From Octopus sinensis (lineage: Eukaryota): a stretch of 64,000 nucleotides of DNA. Location of the stretch: NCBI RefSeq assembly GCF_006345805.1, contig NC_042998.1, positions 38,626,001 through 38,690,000 on the forward strand. The letters run 5' to 3'. Positions within the stretch are counted from its first letter, which is position 1; each line of letters starts with the position of its first letter. Shown piece after piece: positions 27,461-40,175 of the stretch. Under the pieces are notes generated by a model, which did not search any database, was not told the DNA's origin, and saw nothing but the letters and a program-made list of their open reading frames with translations. Position numbers and translations under genes: made by a program.

Positions 27461-27865
27461 TGATTTGATTTGATCTAGTTTCAGCTCATGAGCTGCGGTC
27501 ATGCTGGGGCACCGCCATTTGGTATTGCTACATAATTTTACTTCACTTATTCTCTTTAGAAATTGACGTTTGTTATATGAGGGAGTTTGATGGCGCTGTC
27601 CTCATCTGCACTTCCTGTTGTGAAACTGGCTCATCTGACAGTAAGAGGTCTAGTTTCGTTTTGAAGACACCTACACCCACCCCGTGTATGTCACCCAGGT
27701 CTTCAGGAGGATATTGAAGAGCTACGGGTCTTTAAAGCCCAGGCTGTTGCAATATCTTGTCATATCTAGATGTATATTATGGCATATCTTTCCCTCCTAC
27801 GCTCTAGGGAATAGAGTCTCAATCTCTTGGGTCTTTCCCATTAGCTTATCTGCTGCATAGAGGTT
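27461..27865 (-). mobile_element. CR1-like LINE 3' fragment
   Basis: Homologous to 37790-38240. The 3' end reads gtgccccagcatgaccgcagctcatgagctgaaac. Confidence 0.75.
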
Positions 27866-28437
27866 ATGTATGTACGTACGTATGTATGTACGTATGTATG
27901 TATCTATTGATATACTTACATGTGTATTTATGTCTGTGCTTCTCCAGTTTTACACTACCTAACCTGTCACAAGATATAATTTTCTTAGTATGTCTAGCTT
28001 ATGACAACCCATCATATATTGTGTATGAAGAATTTGATTCCAATTTTAATATATGAAAATACATCATCATCATCATCATTGTCATCATCACCATCATCAG
28101 CCGCTGGATATTATTGTGTTTTAGGACTCATAGGGCTAGTTATTCGATTTCCATGGCGTGTACGTGCCCGAGATTACAGCACAATTTAACACAATTGTCG
28201 CAAGTATGAAAATATATTTAAATATTTACGTCATTCTGGATGATGTATATAATTGCGAATAAGTTGTTTCGTGTAAAACACGTATTAACATTCAAAGTGC
28301 AGTAAAATATGTTCCTTAGAAACAGAAGTTTAAAGTTGGGGACCAATTCTTATCAGAAAAAAAACTCTTTAATTGTATAATATTTAGTGTTAAATTAACG
28401 TAGTTTCTAGAATATCCAGCACTAGTTCCAACTATTA

Positions 28438-29052
28438 TTCATTGTCTTAATATTCTTTCTACTCTAGGCACAGTGCCCGACATTTTGGGAAATGGGGCCA
28501 GTCGATTAGATCGATCCCAGTACGCAACTGATACCTAATTTGTCGACCTCGAAAGGATGAAAGGCAAAGTCGACCTCGGCAGAATTTGTACTCAGAACGT
28601 AAAAACAGACGATATACCTATTTCTTTACTACCCACAAGGGGCTAAACACAGAGGGGACAAACAAAGACTGACAAACGGATTAAGTCGATTACATCGACC
28701 CCAGTGCGTAACTGATACTTAATTTATCGACCCCGAAAGGATGAAAGGCAAAGTCGACCTCGGCGGAATTTGAACTCAGAACGTAGCGGCAGATGAAATA
28801 CATATTTCTTTACTACCCACAAGGGACTAAGCAGAGAAGGGACAAACAAAGAGAGACAAACGGATTAAGTCGATTATATCGACCTCAGTGCGTAACTGGT
28901 CCTTAATTTATTGACCCCGAAAGGATGAAAGGCAAAGTCGACCTCAGCTGAATTTGAACTCAAAACGTAACGGCAGACGAAATACGGCTACGCATTTCGC
29001 CCGGCGTGCTAAGGTTTCTGCCAGCTCGCCGCCTTTTCATCGTCTGAATGTT
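28438..29052 (-). mobile_element. SINE family B trimer (type-2-tailed host plus two Tx1-tailed bodies)
   Basis: Junctions near 28618 and 28801 at the a(a/t)atac(c) site. Diverged outer TSD ttcattgtcttaatatt / ttcatcgtctgaatgtt. Confidence 0.85.
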
Positions 29053-29594
29053 AATTTCAAAACTAATTATTAATTTTAATGACAAACATTCATACTTTAG
29101 TCACGTGGAAGCAGTATGTTTTAATATTTGCATCTTGAATGTAGGCATAAATCATCACAGATCCATAAATCATCACAGATGGCTTAGAGAAATTTAATTT
29201 ATTCTATGAAGTTCGAGAAATTATCAAACGTACAATAATCATGTCAAAATGAAGTGCTGTACATAACGAACGACGGCAAGGCGATTTATGAATTTGTCCG
29301 ACCAAAAATCAGATTTAACAACTACATTATCAATTGAAAGCAAATAATAAATGAAGAACTGCATTAAACTTAGTGACAGCCTCATGAATCAGATTCTCTC
29401 ATTTCTTTCTTTTTTTTTTTTTTTTTGCTTTTTACTAACATAAACTTAGTCTTAAATAACAGAATGTCGTATATATCAGCAAACAGAAGTAAGGAATTTC
29501 CATAAACTAGTCTAATGAAATACTCAACAAATACCTGTTGGGTAAATATATTCCATCGAGACATCACTTCATACAATATTAAATATTTATTAAT

Positions 29595-29790
29595 ATTGGC
29601 ACAAGGCCAGCAAGTTCGGGGAGGGGATGAGTCGATTACATCAACCTCAGTGCTCAACTGAAATTTATTTTATCTTCTCCAAAAGGATAAAAGGTGAAGT
29701 TGACTTCGGCGGAATTTGAACTCAGAAGATAAGGGCGGACGAAATGCCGCTAAGCATTTTGTCCGGTGGGCTAATGATTCTGCCAATAGA
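29595..29790 (-). mobile_element. SINE family B
   Basis: Reverse-complement match to family B. Confidence 0.8.
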
Positions 29791-29825
29791 TCGCCTACTC
29801 AATCAGAGTAATATTAGCAAATACT

Positions 29826-30020
29826 AAGGCAGTGAGCTGGTAGAATCGTTAGCACGCTGGGCAAAGGGCTTAGCAGCATTTCGTCCGTCTTCACGTTCTG
29901 AGTTCAAATTCCGCCGAGGTCGACTTTGCCTTTCATCCTTCCAGGGTTGATAAGATAAGTACCAGTTGAGTACTGGTCTCATTACACCCTGCCACGAACT
30001 TGCTAGAATTTGAAACCAGT
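29826..30020 (+). mobile_element. SINE family B
   Basis: aaggcagtgagctggtagaatcgttagc...gagttcaaattccgccgaggtcgac. Confidence 0.85.
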
Positions 30021-30330
30021 ATTACTGTAATTAGGAAATATCTATATATTCGACATTTGAACGTTTAATGAGTCGGTTATTTAAAATTGCACTGAGATTA
30101 TGCTACAGAGATTCATAAAATAAAATACAAATCAAGTTTGCATAGCTGTAGAAAGACTGGATCCACACATTGATTTTAATCTTGCAAGTATGTTTCATGT
30201 AAAAATGTACATGTAAAAATATAAGGTGGCTATCTTAACAACTTGCATTGCAACCATCACGTAATTCAAAATGTTCATGAAGTTATTAGAACAAAGTATA
30301 TTTTTTTCCACACACACACACACACACACA

Positions 30331-30378
<48 letters not shown>

Positions 30379-30382
<4 letters not shown>

Positions 30383-31160
30383 TTCTTTATTAGCCACACA
30401 GACGGGAGAAATTACAAAGTAGAGCTTTTCTTTTTGGGGAGAAAAAAAGTGGGGTAGGTTTTCGATCAAAAGGGATCGTAAAAAGGAATAATAAAAAGGA
30501 AAAAAACGATCAATACGGATCATGTATCACAGAAATGTCATGTTGTAAAGTGTAAAACAGATAAGGTTTATCCGTGGAAAGAAAAGCCTACGGAAAAGAC
30601 CACGGTAACCTCGGTTATTAATGTCACATGCTAACACATTTATTTGCAAGTAAGTAACTCTGTTTTAATTTTTTCCGGGTTCATAGGAATATACTCAAGG
30701 TGGCTTCGTCATTCATACGTGCCATCCTTGCTACATTCACCCATCTTTTTTTGAAACATTCGCTAGACAAAACTTGCCTCTCTACTCTCACTTTCCTTTT
30801 CAAGTGATACTTGAAGAAATTGATGAGAGATTGACCAGAGAGGAAAGTGTTTGTCTCTAATCCTTTCAGACGTGTCCACCATACACATTCTTTCGCCATA
30901 GCCACAAGTATGATGAAAATAGCTCTTCCTTCCCGTTTGAAGGAAGGAGGCGTGACGACATTGACGGTAGACTCGGCTGATAAACCGACTCGTCCCACAC
31001 GTGACGGCAGTCGTTCGACATAAGCCCACAGGTCGGAAATAGTTGGACACTGCACGAGTGCGTGCAGAACGGTTTCCTCGCTCTGACCGCATCTCGGGCA
31101 GGTCGGCCCCGTGTTTCTCGAGCCACAGTAACCACTCGCCATATCGTGGTTCACGGTTCA
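30379..31160 (-). mobile_element. Second Tx1-clade LINE 3' fragment, ending in (CA)n
   Basis: ORF 30681-31154 CPRCGQSEETVLHALVQC...HLKRKV.ERQVLS..CFKKRW is paralogous to the 18265-18660 region. The 3' end gctaataaagaaac abuts (TG)n. Confidence 0.85.
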
Positions 31161-31164
31161 CCTA

Positions 31165-31549
31165 CAGTCCCCTCAGTACAACGCAGTTTTCTGCGGCCGA
31201 TAGGCATTTATATTTTCTAAACTTTAATTATTTCTGTTGTAAAATAAGCATTTTGACGCCTAAAAATTAATAAATAAAAATACAGTACTGCACTATATAA
31301 CACATTAATTAAAATATATCAAAAGACAATACGTGATGTACCATAGATGAGTAAACAAAGAATCGCAGATACTGAGCGGAAAACGGAATTCGGGAGGCGA
31401 GTGTGTGGTGTCGGTTTGCATTTCTATAATAAATTTATGCAAATTATAAAAACAACGGAAAATATACAGTACTGTTTCTACTTTGCGGATTTTCACCTAT
31501 CGCCGTGGGGTTTTGGAACGTATCACCCGCGATAATCGAGGGATTACTG
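31165..31549. mobile_element. Tigger/pogo-like non-autonomous DNA transposon
   Basis: Ends ta|cagtcccctc and cgcgataatcgagggattactg, resembling CAGT..CCTCG TIRs. The left end is degenerate. Confidence 0.5.
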
Positions 31550-32980
31550 TGTGTATATATATGTCTGTGTGTGTTTAAGTATCTTCATGTATCCTGCCGA
31601 TGGATCTCCCCTACTCATTCGGTGGAAATTGTATAGATCTCGATTCAGTTCGAAAGTCCACTGGAATTTTTCTTGATAGTTTCGCAACTTGCGGTGACTG
31701 ACTCCCGATTCTTTCGTTGTCATGGTGTGTGTAAGGTGATTTTCCATGCGGTATATATTTCACTGTTTGATTACTGCTACGATCTTTTTTTAAAAACGGT
31801 TGTTTCTTTGCATTTACTCGAAGGAGATAACCATTTCTTTTACCAAGCTTGGAGTAATGTTAAGAATTACAGTGGATACCATTTATTATCCAGAAGAATG
31901 ATTAGTTCTATATGCCAACGTTTCTGTATCCGTCGAATGCGAAACTATATTGCTTTGATATATAACATTGTACAACTCAAACCATGCTGACAATGGTGGT
32001 ATGTCGCGTCCTTCACATGCCACCTTCTTACGTCCAGTAAGAAATACATTTGTTATTTCGGAAGATTAAGTAGGCGCGAGTTTCTTACACGAATTTTTAA
32101 AATCCAATAATAGCTTCAGGGAGATTTGTCTCGGACAATATTTATTTACACAGTTTTTTTTTATTATATTGATTTCCTGTGTATGTTTTAAACTCTTGTG
32201 ATAGATTAACTCACGTGACTATCCATTAGGCGTTGTGAACGAAACAAAGAATACATAATTGAATTGGGATTCATCAGTGATCGAAGTGAATAAAGAAAAT
32301 ATATATTCACAACATCCATCAAATAATCGAGCGAGTATATTTGCTTTTAACACCGTTTTGGTCACGAAAGACAGTTTCATTTTGCTTCACTAGATTCATG
32401 GAACCATCAAGGGAGTCACCAAGCCAGTGCAATCAACTAATGGCTGCCCAATCAACATAACTTACACCTTAATTACTCATATAAATAACACTTTTGTTCT
32501 CAGTTGTTTCTTCCAATTTTACTACACAATTGCTCTCTTGCTTGGTGTCCTTAGAATCGACGAGGAAAACCATTAAAAGCCAAAATGAATTATTTTTATC
32601 CAATTCGCGTTTAAAATCACTATTATGCTGACTATATTCTTGTTGAGTGGTCGGCAGGTACCTCAACTCACATTTTCCATTTCTCTTTCGAGGGAAACTT
32701 TTATGCAAAACATTTTTTTTCGTGATTTTATTTCCTCACCTCGTATTATTGCATACTTTTCACTTAAAAGTCAAGAAGAAGAAGAAATAAAACTCTAAAA
32801 GACCAATCATCAATATAAATTGGAGTAATATATGATATTCAGCAGATGGGGTGAAGGATTTTGATGAGCATAACTGTTGCTATGGATACATTTTATATAT
32901 TGCTGAAACACTTAGAGAACTACTTTAATCCTAAACACATGCTCGAAAGTACAAGCACAAAAGTTCAGATACGTACGTAT

Positions 32981-33038
<58 letters not shown>

Positions 33039-33759
33039 CACACACACACTCTCTCTCTCTCTCTCTCGCTCTCTCACTTTGTGTGTGTGTGTGTGTGTTG
33101 TGTGTGTGTGTGTGACTGTTGATGTCTATTAATTTCTGTGAAATCTGGTTTACCTAACTCTAAGAACTAAATAAGATACATCCAAGGAGTCTGGTCTTCT
33201 GCACTAAACCACGTTACATTCCTAACTATATATATCCATTAACTGACCAGAATTCTAAGAGAATCCAGACGGTCATGTTCTTTTATTCTCTGCTGGTGTC
33301 AGCAGGGGAGCTGCGGCCACGCTGAGACCTCGTCGTTAGATTCCTTATACTTTCACTACTCGAAATTTCCTCTCATATGCAGCATTTGGTTTATAAGGGA
33401 GTTTTATGCGGCTGCTCTCATCTGCGTTTCTTGCCGCAAAGTAGGTTCATCCGGCACTCTCAAGGTATGTGTACATATTTATATCTATATTTCTTCTCGC
33501 TCTCGCTCTCTCCCTCTGTGTGTGTGCGTGTGTATACATATATAATTACACACACGTGCTGTTGGCGATTTCTTTTCTTTGGACTTCCCTTCCGCCTTTG
33601 CGACGAAGAACTATACTCAAAACGTCAAACTCTCTCTTTTTACCGAACATTAAGTTAAGACGTTCCTTGCACACGTCCTCTTGTCCGCTAATTTAATTAT
33701 AATTAATCGTTTATCTGAAATGACTCTATATACATATAGATCTATCTGTCTCTCTGTCC

Positions 33760-33761
<2 letters not shown>

Positions 33762-33841
<80 letters not shown>

Positions 33842-33842
33842 A
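33762..33842. repeat. (CTAT)n microsatellite
   Basis: Direct reading. Confidence 0.95.
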
Positions 33843-34524
33843 TAAGACAAATAAAATATGGAGAGGATATAAAATCAAAAAATATCATCCAATAAACATG
33901 CCATTATATCTCTTTATTAAATGATAACAAATATATAGTGTACGCACACCATTATCCAATCTCTGTCTAGTGTTTGTTCATTCCTGTATATCACTAACGT
34001 GATGAAGATGGCGTGCAATATTCTGAGGCCTCATGGTAGAAACGGCCGTAAGGGATTTGTATCTCTACACTCATCTATTATTATTCATTCATTTCCATAC
34101 ATGTATATATATATATATATATCTGTTTACGTATTTATAGGCTGTTTTCATTCGTTTACTTCAACCACTTAAACACATGTTTGTTATCATTTAATAAACA
34201 GTTATAATGGAATATTTACTGGCTGAGGTTTGTTGATTTTACATCCTCTCCATTTTCTTTTTTGCTTTATAAATCCTGGGTAAATTTCCAATTTACCCCC
34301 ACCCATACTGAGTATTCAGTTGCAATATTGCCATGTGATAGTAAGCACTTGGTTAAAAATACGTAGGTACACATCCAGTAGTATATTGGATATTTAATAT
34401 ACCTCAGATGGTTTTTCAACCTTTAACTCATACAGAGATGTGTGTGTGTGTATGTGTTAAATAAAATGAGACAACAAAACTAAGGCTGTGTGGAGTTTTC
34501 AGGACATTTACAAAGAGAAAGTTA

Positions 34525-34572
34525 GTCTTACAGCTGTTTCTGGGATATTAGGGATATCCCTTCGTCAGAGAC
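34525..34572 (-). ncRNA. Minimal type I hammerhead ribozyme
   Basis: gucu-CUGACGA-a-gggauau/auauccc-a-GAAAC-AGCU-GUA-agac, stem III palindrome ACAGCUGU. Same family as 62669. Confidence 0.8.
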
Positions 34573-35015
34573 GATGTTAGATGCTTTATATTATTTGACC
34601 CCAGGTACATTTCATCACTGAGGTTGCTTGGAACTCTACATTGGGTAGTCCAACATTGTGGCATAATGCAATAAAATGCCCTCATCCTGTTGTGGTTTAG
34701 CATCCAATTACCTTTGGAACAGTTCTTAACAACCACATGCATTAAGCGCCCGAAGAAACTCCTGTTATAAACTTGTGTGTGTGTGTAACGAGCAAAATAG
34801 CTAGTTCTAAAATCTCTAAACGAGATATAAGTAGTAACATTAGCCGACGGTAACAGTTTTTTTACCACTGTAACATTGGCTGGTCAATAAAGGACAACGT
34901 TGCTACATTTTAACCCCAGGAAAACATCTTCTCCAGCTGATTAACAACACACAACTTGTGTCCGATATTTTGGGAGTAAGGGAGCAAATCACTCCCCACG
35001 AGCTTGGCAAGACCT

Positions 35016-35054
35016 GTAGACCATGGTTTCTGGGTCTTTATCTTTCATCAGTGC
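35016..35054 (-). ncRNA. Degenerate minimal hammerhead
   Basis: gca-CUGAUGA-aagauaaagaccca-GAAAC-CAUG-GUC-uac. Core and palindrome ACCAUGGU are intact, stems I and II are eroded. Confidence 0.5.
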
Positions 35055-35097
35055 TGGACACCTGCCTGTTAGAGGTGGCAGTCAATCTTCCCTATTC

Positions 35098-35134
<37 letters not shown>

Positions 35135-35784
35135 AGAGAGAGAGATACAAACATATGTATATGTGTGTAGAAATACATATAGTCACACATATATATCTAT
35201 GCATATATACGCGAGCGCGCACACACATTCTGTACGTCTTACTTGTTGGACGTCCGTACGTTTCTTTCCTGTTTATAAATAACACGTTGTTTTGTTTCAT
35301 ATCTGCGATAGACCACATCGGCGATTAAAGACTACCATCGTAATTATTTCGTCCATTTCGATGTATAAAGGACGTTATAGGATCTATTCTTGCACGGTCT
35401 ACACAGCTTAGTGATTTTAGAGATAGTGGTAGACGAGCGTAGATGTTTTTCCCGCTTTTGTTTCTGAGCACCATGATCACTTTAAAGGTAGCCGCCGATT
35501 ATGCAGCATACCTTCGCATAACTTAATCAGAGACCTGACGACGAATGAGAGAATCATTTCATTATGAGTATCAAAAGAAGTTCTTAGCGAAAAACCTTGC
35601 CGCACATTTTCAATATAATGGAGACTCTTATTTTTTAAATACTTTCACCGCCACTCACTGCTGACAAAGCTTAATTTCTGCGTATTAAACATCCAATGTG
35701 CTTCCGCGAATAGTTATTTCAAACCCTCTTTCAATAGTGTAATATCCGATCCTCAACCATTGCTACTCAAAGAAAACTTACATG

Positions 35785-36150
35785 CGCAGGTGTGGCTGTG
35801 TGGTAAGAAGTTTGCTTCCCAACCAAATGACTTTTGGTTCAGTCTTATTGCGTGGAATCTTGGGCAATTGTCTTCTACTATATCCTTGGGCTGACAAAGC
35901 GCTGTGAGTGGATTTTTCAGACGGTAACAGAAAGAAGCTCATCGTATGTGTATGTATGCATCTATATATATACAGGGATTGGACAAAATAATGGAAACAA
36001 CTAGCATCAAATATTTGAAATATCTATAAAACCGTCAAAAGCTTGTTTATTTTTATGTTTTTTACAGGAATAAGTCCTGGAGGCGATATCTTCGAGCAAA
36101 GGCGGTGCTCCGACATGGCCGCAGTGAAATGACTGAAACACCTAAAAGAT
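35785..36150 (+). mobile_element. SINE family A with an embedded Tc1-like terminus (35973-36062)
   Basis: SINE head and tail flank ta|cagggattggacaaaataatggaaac. Confidence 0.7.
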
Positions 36151-36579
36151 TTTGTATGTGTGTGTGTGTACGTACGTACGTGTGCATATATGTATTAATG
36201 AAAGTTTTATACGTAATGCTGTTACTAAGAACAACCTGAAAGTTTCTCGCCAATTTCTGCTTATTCCCAAGTAACTTGGCTTGTAGTCATTAACTCAACA
36301 ATTTTCATTCTTTACTTACTTGTTTTTTTTACTTTTGTTTATTTTGTTTTGCTCCAGTCTTCATGTTGTTAAGTAGGTGAACGAAACAAACGATTTCCGA
36401 GGCAATGACTATAACCCACATTACCTGACAACCTGGCAATAACAAAATATTTGCCTCGTGGCATCAACGTTTTACTGTAATTCTTACCAACAACATATTG
36501 TGTATAAAACATCTGTAACTCTCAATTGCACTGAGGTGCTGTTTTGACTGATGCTTGCAACAAATTTCATATGTGTCCG

Positions 36580-36767
36580 TATATGTGTGTGTGTGTGTGT
36601 GTATGTGCGCGTGTAATAAATAAATAAATATATATATGTATATATGTATTATATATATGTATATATATATATGTATATATATATAATATGTATATATATA
36701 TATGTATATATATATATGTATATATACATATAGATATATATATATATATATGTATATATATGTGTGT

Positions 36768-36802
<35 letters not shown>

Positions 36803-36872
36803 TGTATACATATATATATATATATGTATATATATAATATATATATATATTATATATATATATATCTATATG

Positions 36873-36907
<35 letters not shown>

Positions 36908-36912
36908 GTATA

Positions 36913-36968
<56 letters not shown>

Positions 36969-37053
36969 GATATATATATATATGATATATATATATATCT
37001 ATATATATATATATATGTATATATATAGATATATATATGTATATATATATATA

Positions 37054-37086
<33 letters not shown>

Positions 37087-37094
37087 TATATAAG

Positions 37095-37127
<33 letters not shown>

Positions 37128-37160
37128 ACATATATATATATATGTATATGTATATATACA
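36580..37160. repeat. Degenerate (TA)n array
   Basis: Direct reading. Confidence 0.95.
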
Positions 37161-37303
37161 ATTCATAAATAAGGCACGTGTCTCGAGTGGGCTGGAGTAT
37201 TTCTATTTTGGATGTATTTGGGGTACTTAATTGTGCTCATGACTTAGTGTTTGCTGCTTCCATGGGTATGAGTAAGTATCTCGTTTATTTCTTTTGCCAC
37301 ATG

Positions 37304-37356
37304 TATCACTGACGAAGGGAGAGCTGTTATAAGCTAACCCTGAAATCGGTCTGATA
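37304..37356 (+). ncRNA. Minimal type I hammerhead ribozyme
   Basis: uauca-CUGACGA-aggg..agcu..agcu..cccu-GAAA-UCG-GUC-ugaua. Stem I is a perfect 5 bp, stem III derives from the palindrome ACCGGU. Confidence 0.75.
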
Positions 37357-37699
37357 TGGTAATAATGGAATTTTTTAGAAATTTCTGTCGACGATGTGAG
37401 ACTGAACCCGAAAATCTTTCCTAAGTTCTGCCATTTATTTGCAATTGTCTTTCATTTATTTTTCATTATTTTTTACTACATATGTCAAAATCGTAATATT
37501 TTGTGTAACGCAATTCTTAATTTCTATATTCTTTTACACCTCGTTATGGAATCATCTAACATTCCATTCGTAACGGTACCTAATTAGTTTATTCATCCAC
37601 TGTCAATATCTACTTACATCCAACTTTGATTAATCAAGCACATACTATCAATCACTTACTATCTTCTATACCGAAAAATCTGGATCTCTTCTGTTGAAT

Positions 37700-37765
<66 letters not shown>

Positions 37766-37772
37766 TGTATAA

Positions 37773-39745
37773 TTTTATTCTTTTATCCTTTTATCGGTTT
37801 CAGCTCAAAGCTGCGGCCATGCTGAGGCACTGCCGTTTTCCTACACTGTTATTGAGAGCCTCCTCCGAGATGTGAATAAGGGCGTTTGATGTCGCTGCCC
37901 TACCTTGAGGTAGGCTCATCTGGGACTCTTGACAGGAAGAGATCCAGTTTTGTTTTAAAACACCTACATCAACTTTGTGTAGGTCCGTCAGGCTGTTTGG
38001 GAGAATATTAAAAAGCTGTGGGTCCTTGAAACCCAGGCTGTACCTGGTCTTGAAGCACGATGACATTGCTGGGATCTTTGGCACCTGTTCTGGCATTTGT
38101 GTAGCTTTCAATGCCAAACTTTGGTACAATCCTTTCCGGGATTTTCCAGATGTATATTACTGCATATCTCTCCCGCCTTCGCTCCAGGGAGTCGAGTCTC
38201 AGCTGTTTCGGCCTTTCCCAGTAGCTGAGCTTTTGCAATGAGACGATCTCCTTTGTGAAGCTTCGCTGGATTGCTACAAGGTCCACTGCTAATTTTATAC
38301 TGTGAGGTGATCATAGCTGTGAGCAGTAATCCAGGCGGTTGAAGACGGATGTCCTCCAGAGGAGCATTATGGTTTCCTTCTCTCTGGTTCCGAAGGTTCC
38401 CAGGATGCAACCAGCCAGACTGGCACAAAATGGCACTTAGAAAGAGGTGTCATCACTCATATCGATACCCAGGTCACCCACTGATTTAGGTTCTGAGGAT
38501 TGTAATTCCCACTGAGTCAGTGTACCCTGTAAGTTTATCGTTCAATTTTGGGTGCTGGTAGCGCAGGGCTTGGAATTTTCCAGCATTAAACTGTATATTA
38601 TTGTCCTCAGCCCATCAGTAAATTGCGTCCAACTCCTGCTGCAGGTCTGCAACATCACTAGGGTTTTGTGCTTTTTGCGAGACTTTCGTATCGTCTGCGT
38701 AGCTAGCAAGAGTTATTATCCGGACACTTGAGGGCATATCTACGAAAAGCAGTGGTCCTAAAAGAGTGCCCTGTGGAACACCACTCACTATTTGTGCTTC
38801 CCTTGAGTTGGGTCCATTGGCTACCACTGACTGAATTCTTTCTTTCAGAAAGTCATGTAACTATTCTCCAAGTTTTCCAGCTATGCTAAGATCCTGCACT
38901 TTGTGGCATATCATACCATTATTAACTTCATCTAAAGCTTTTACGAAGTCAGTATATATTACGTCCACATTTGAGTTGCTGGTTAACTGCTTCAGCACCC
39001 AGACATAGTGATGTAGGAGCTGTGGCAGGCAACTCCTACTTGATTGAAATTCATGTTGGGTTATCATTCAGCAAGTCTTTTTCTTGAAGGAATGCGATTA
39101 GTTTCCCACTGAATATTCGTTCCATGATTTTGCTGATGTATGAAGTCAGAGAAATAGGCCTATAATTTTTGGTATCTGTTCTGCTTCCCCCTTTATGGAT
39201 TTGGCATCTGTTCTGCTTCCCTCTTTATGGTTTGGGGCAACCGGTGGACGTTATGTATTGCATATTATTGTATTGTGCTGTTTTATGTTTACAGCTAAAG
39301 TGTCACATACTATGACAGTAGGACCTGGGGTGTGAGGTCCTCACGGACGTATAGAGCAACTCTACCATGTCTCCTTCCCCTTTTGTCAGTTCGCAGTATG
39401 GTATATTTAGGTACGTGTATTTCTGCATCCTCTATATCAGAGCTCAGGTGAGTTTCCACGAGTACTATGCATAGGGCTTGATGGAAAAAGGTTTTGCTTT
39501 TGTTGTTTTAATGCAAAGGCCTCCAATACTGTGCTGGCGTTGGGGGAGGCCATCCCGTGTCTGTTGATTGTAGCGGTATGGCGCAGCGGTGGGCAAGGTT
39601 CCGTGTTTGCGCTTGATGTAGCCAAGCCAGCTGCTGCACAATCTTTTGCACCATGCACACGGTTGCTGCCTTTCGCATACCTCTGGGAAGTATTTCTCTC
39701 TAAAGCTCTTGCAGTTTTGGCGGGGATTCGGGTAAGCAAACCAGT
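37773..39745 (-). mobile_element. CR1/L2-group LINE, internally deleted (ORF1 remnant, APE, RT, 3' tail)
   Basis: APE ETHLSSDIEDAEIHVPKYTILRTDKRGRRHGRVALYV (about 39350-39460), IHKGG..NYRPISL, SGVPQGTLLGPLLF, YADDTK and LSYWER..LDSLERRRER. Confidence 0.88.
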
Positions 39746-39818
39746 ATTTTGTGTGGTGTGTGTTTGTGTGTGTGTGTGTGTGTGTAAATATGTATATATA
39801 CATACATATGTACGTACC

Positions 39819-39866
<48 letters not shown>

Positions 39867-40096
39867 GGCATATATGGGTACAGGACGTCAAAGAAACGTG
39901 AACAACGTGAAAAACGAGAACAGAAAATAACAACCTGGAAAACGAAATTTTTTTCGAACAACGAAAGAAACAAATAGAGAAACAAGACAGGCAACATAAA
40001 GACCAATCCCTTCATCAATTGTCCCCTGTTTTATCTACTCCGTGTTTCGAACGCTTGACACACACACACATATATAACATAAACAAACATGCGCGT

Positions 40097-40128
<32 letters not shown>

Positions 40129-40131
40129 GTG

Positions 40132-40175
<44 letters not shown>

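Noticed and set aside
28455-29035. Regularly spaced repeats resembling a CRISPR array or satellite
   Set aside because: They are SINE bodies with no unique spacers, in a eukaryotic context.
31570-32110. Possible further Penelope RT remnants (also about 9000-9360)
   Set aside because: Too decayed to assign motifs confidently by eye.
38523-38540. taccctgta, matching the 5' end of miR-10
   Set aside because: Only 9 nt match, it is inside LINE sequence and there is no hairpin.
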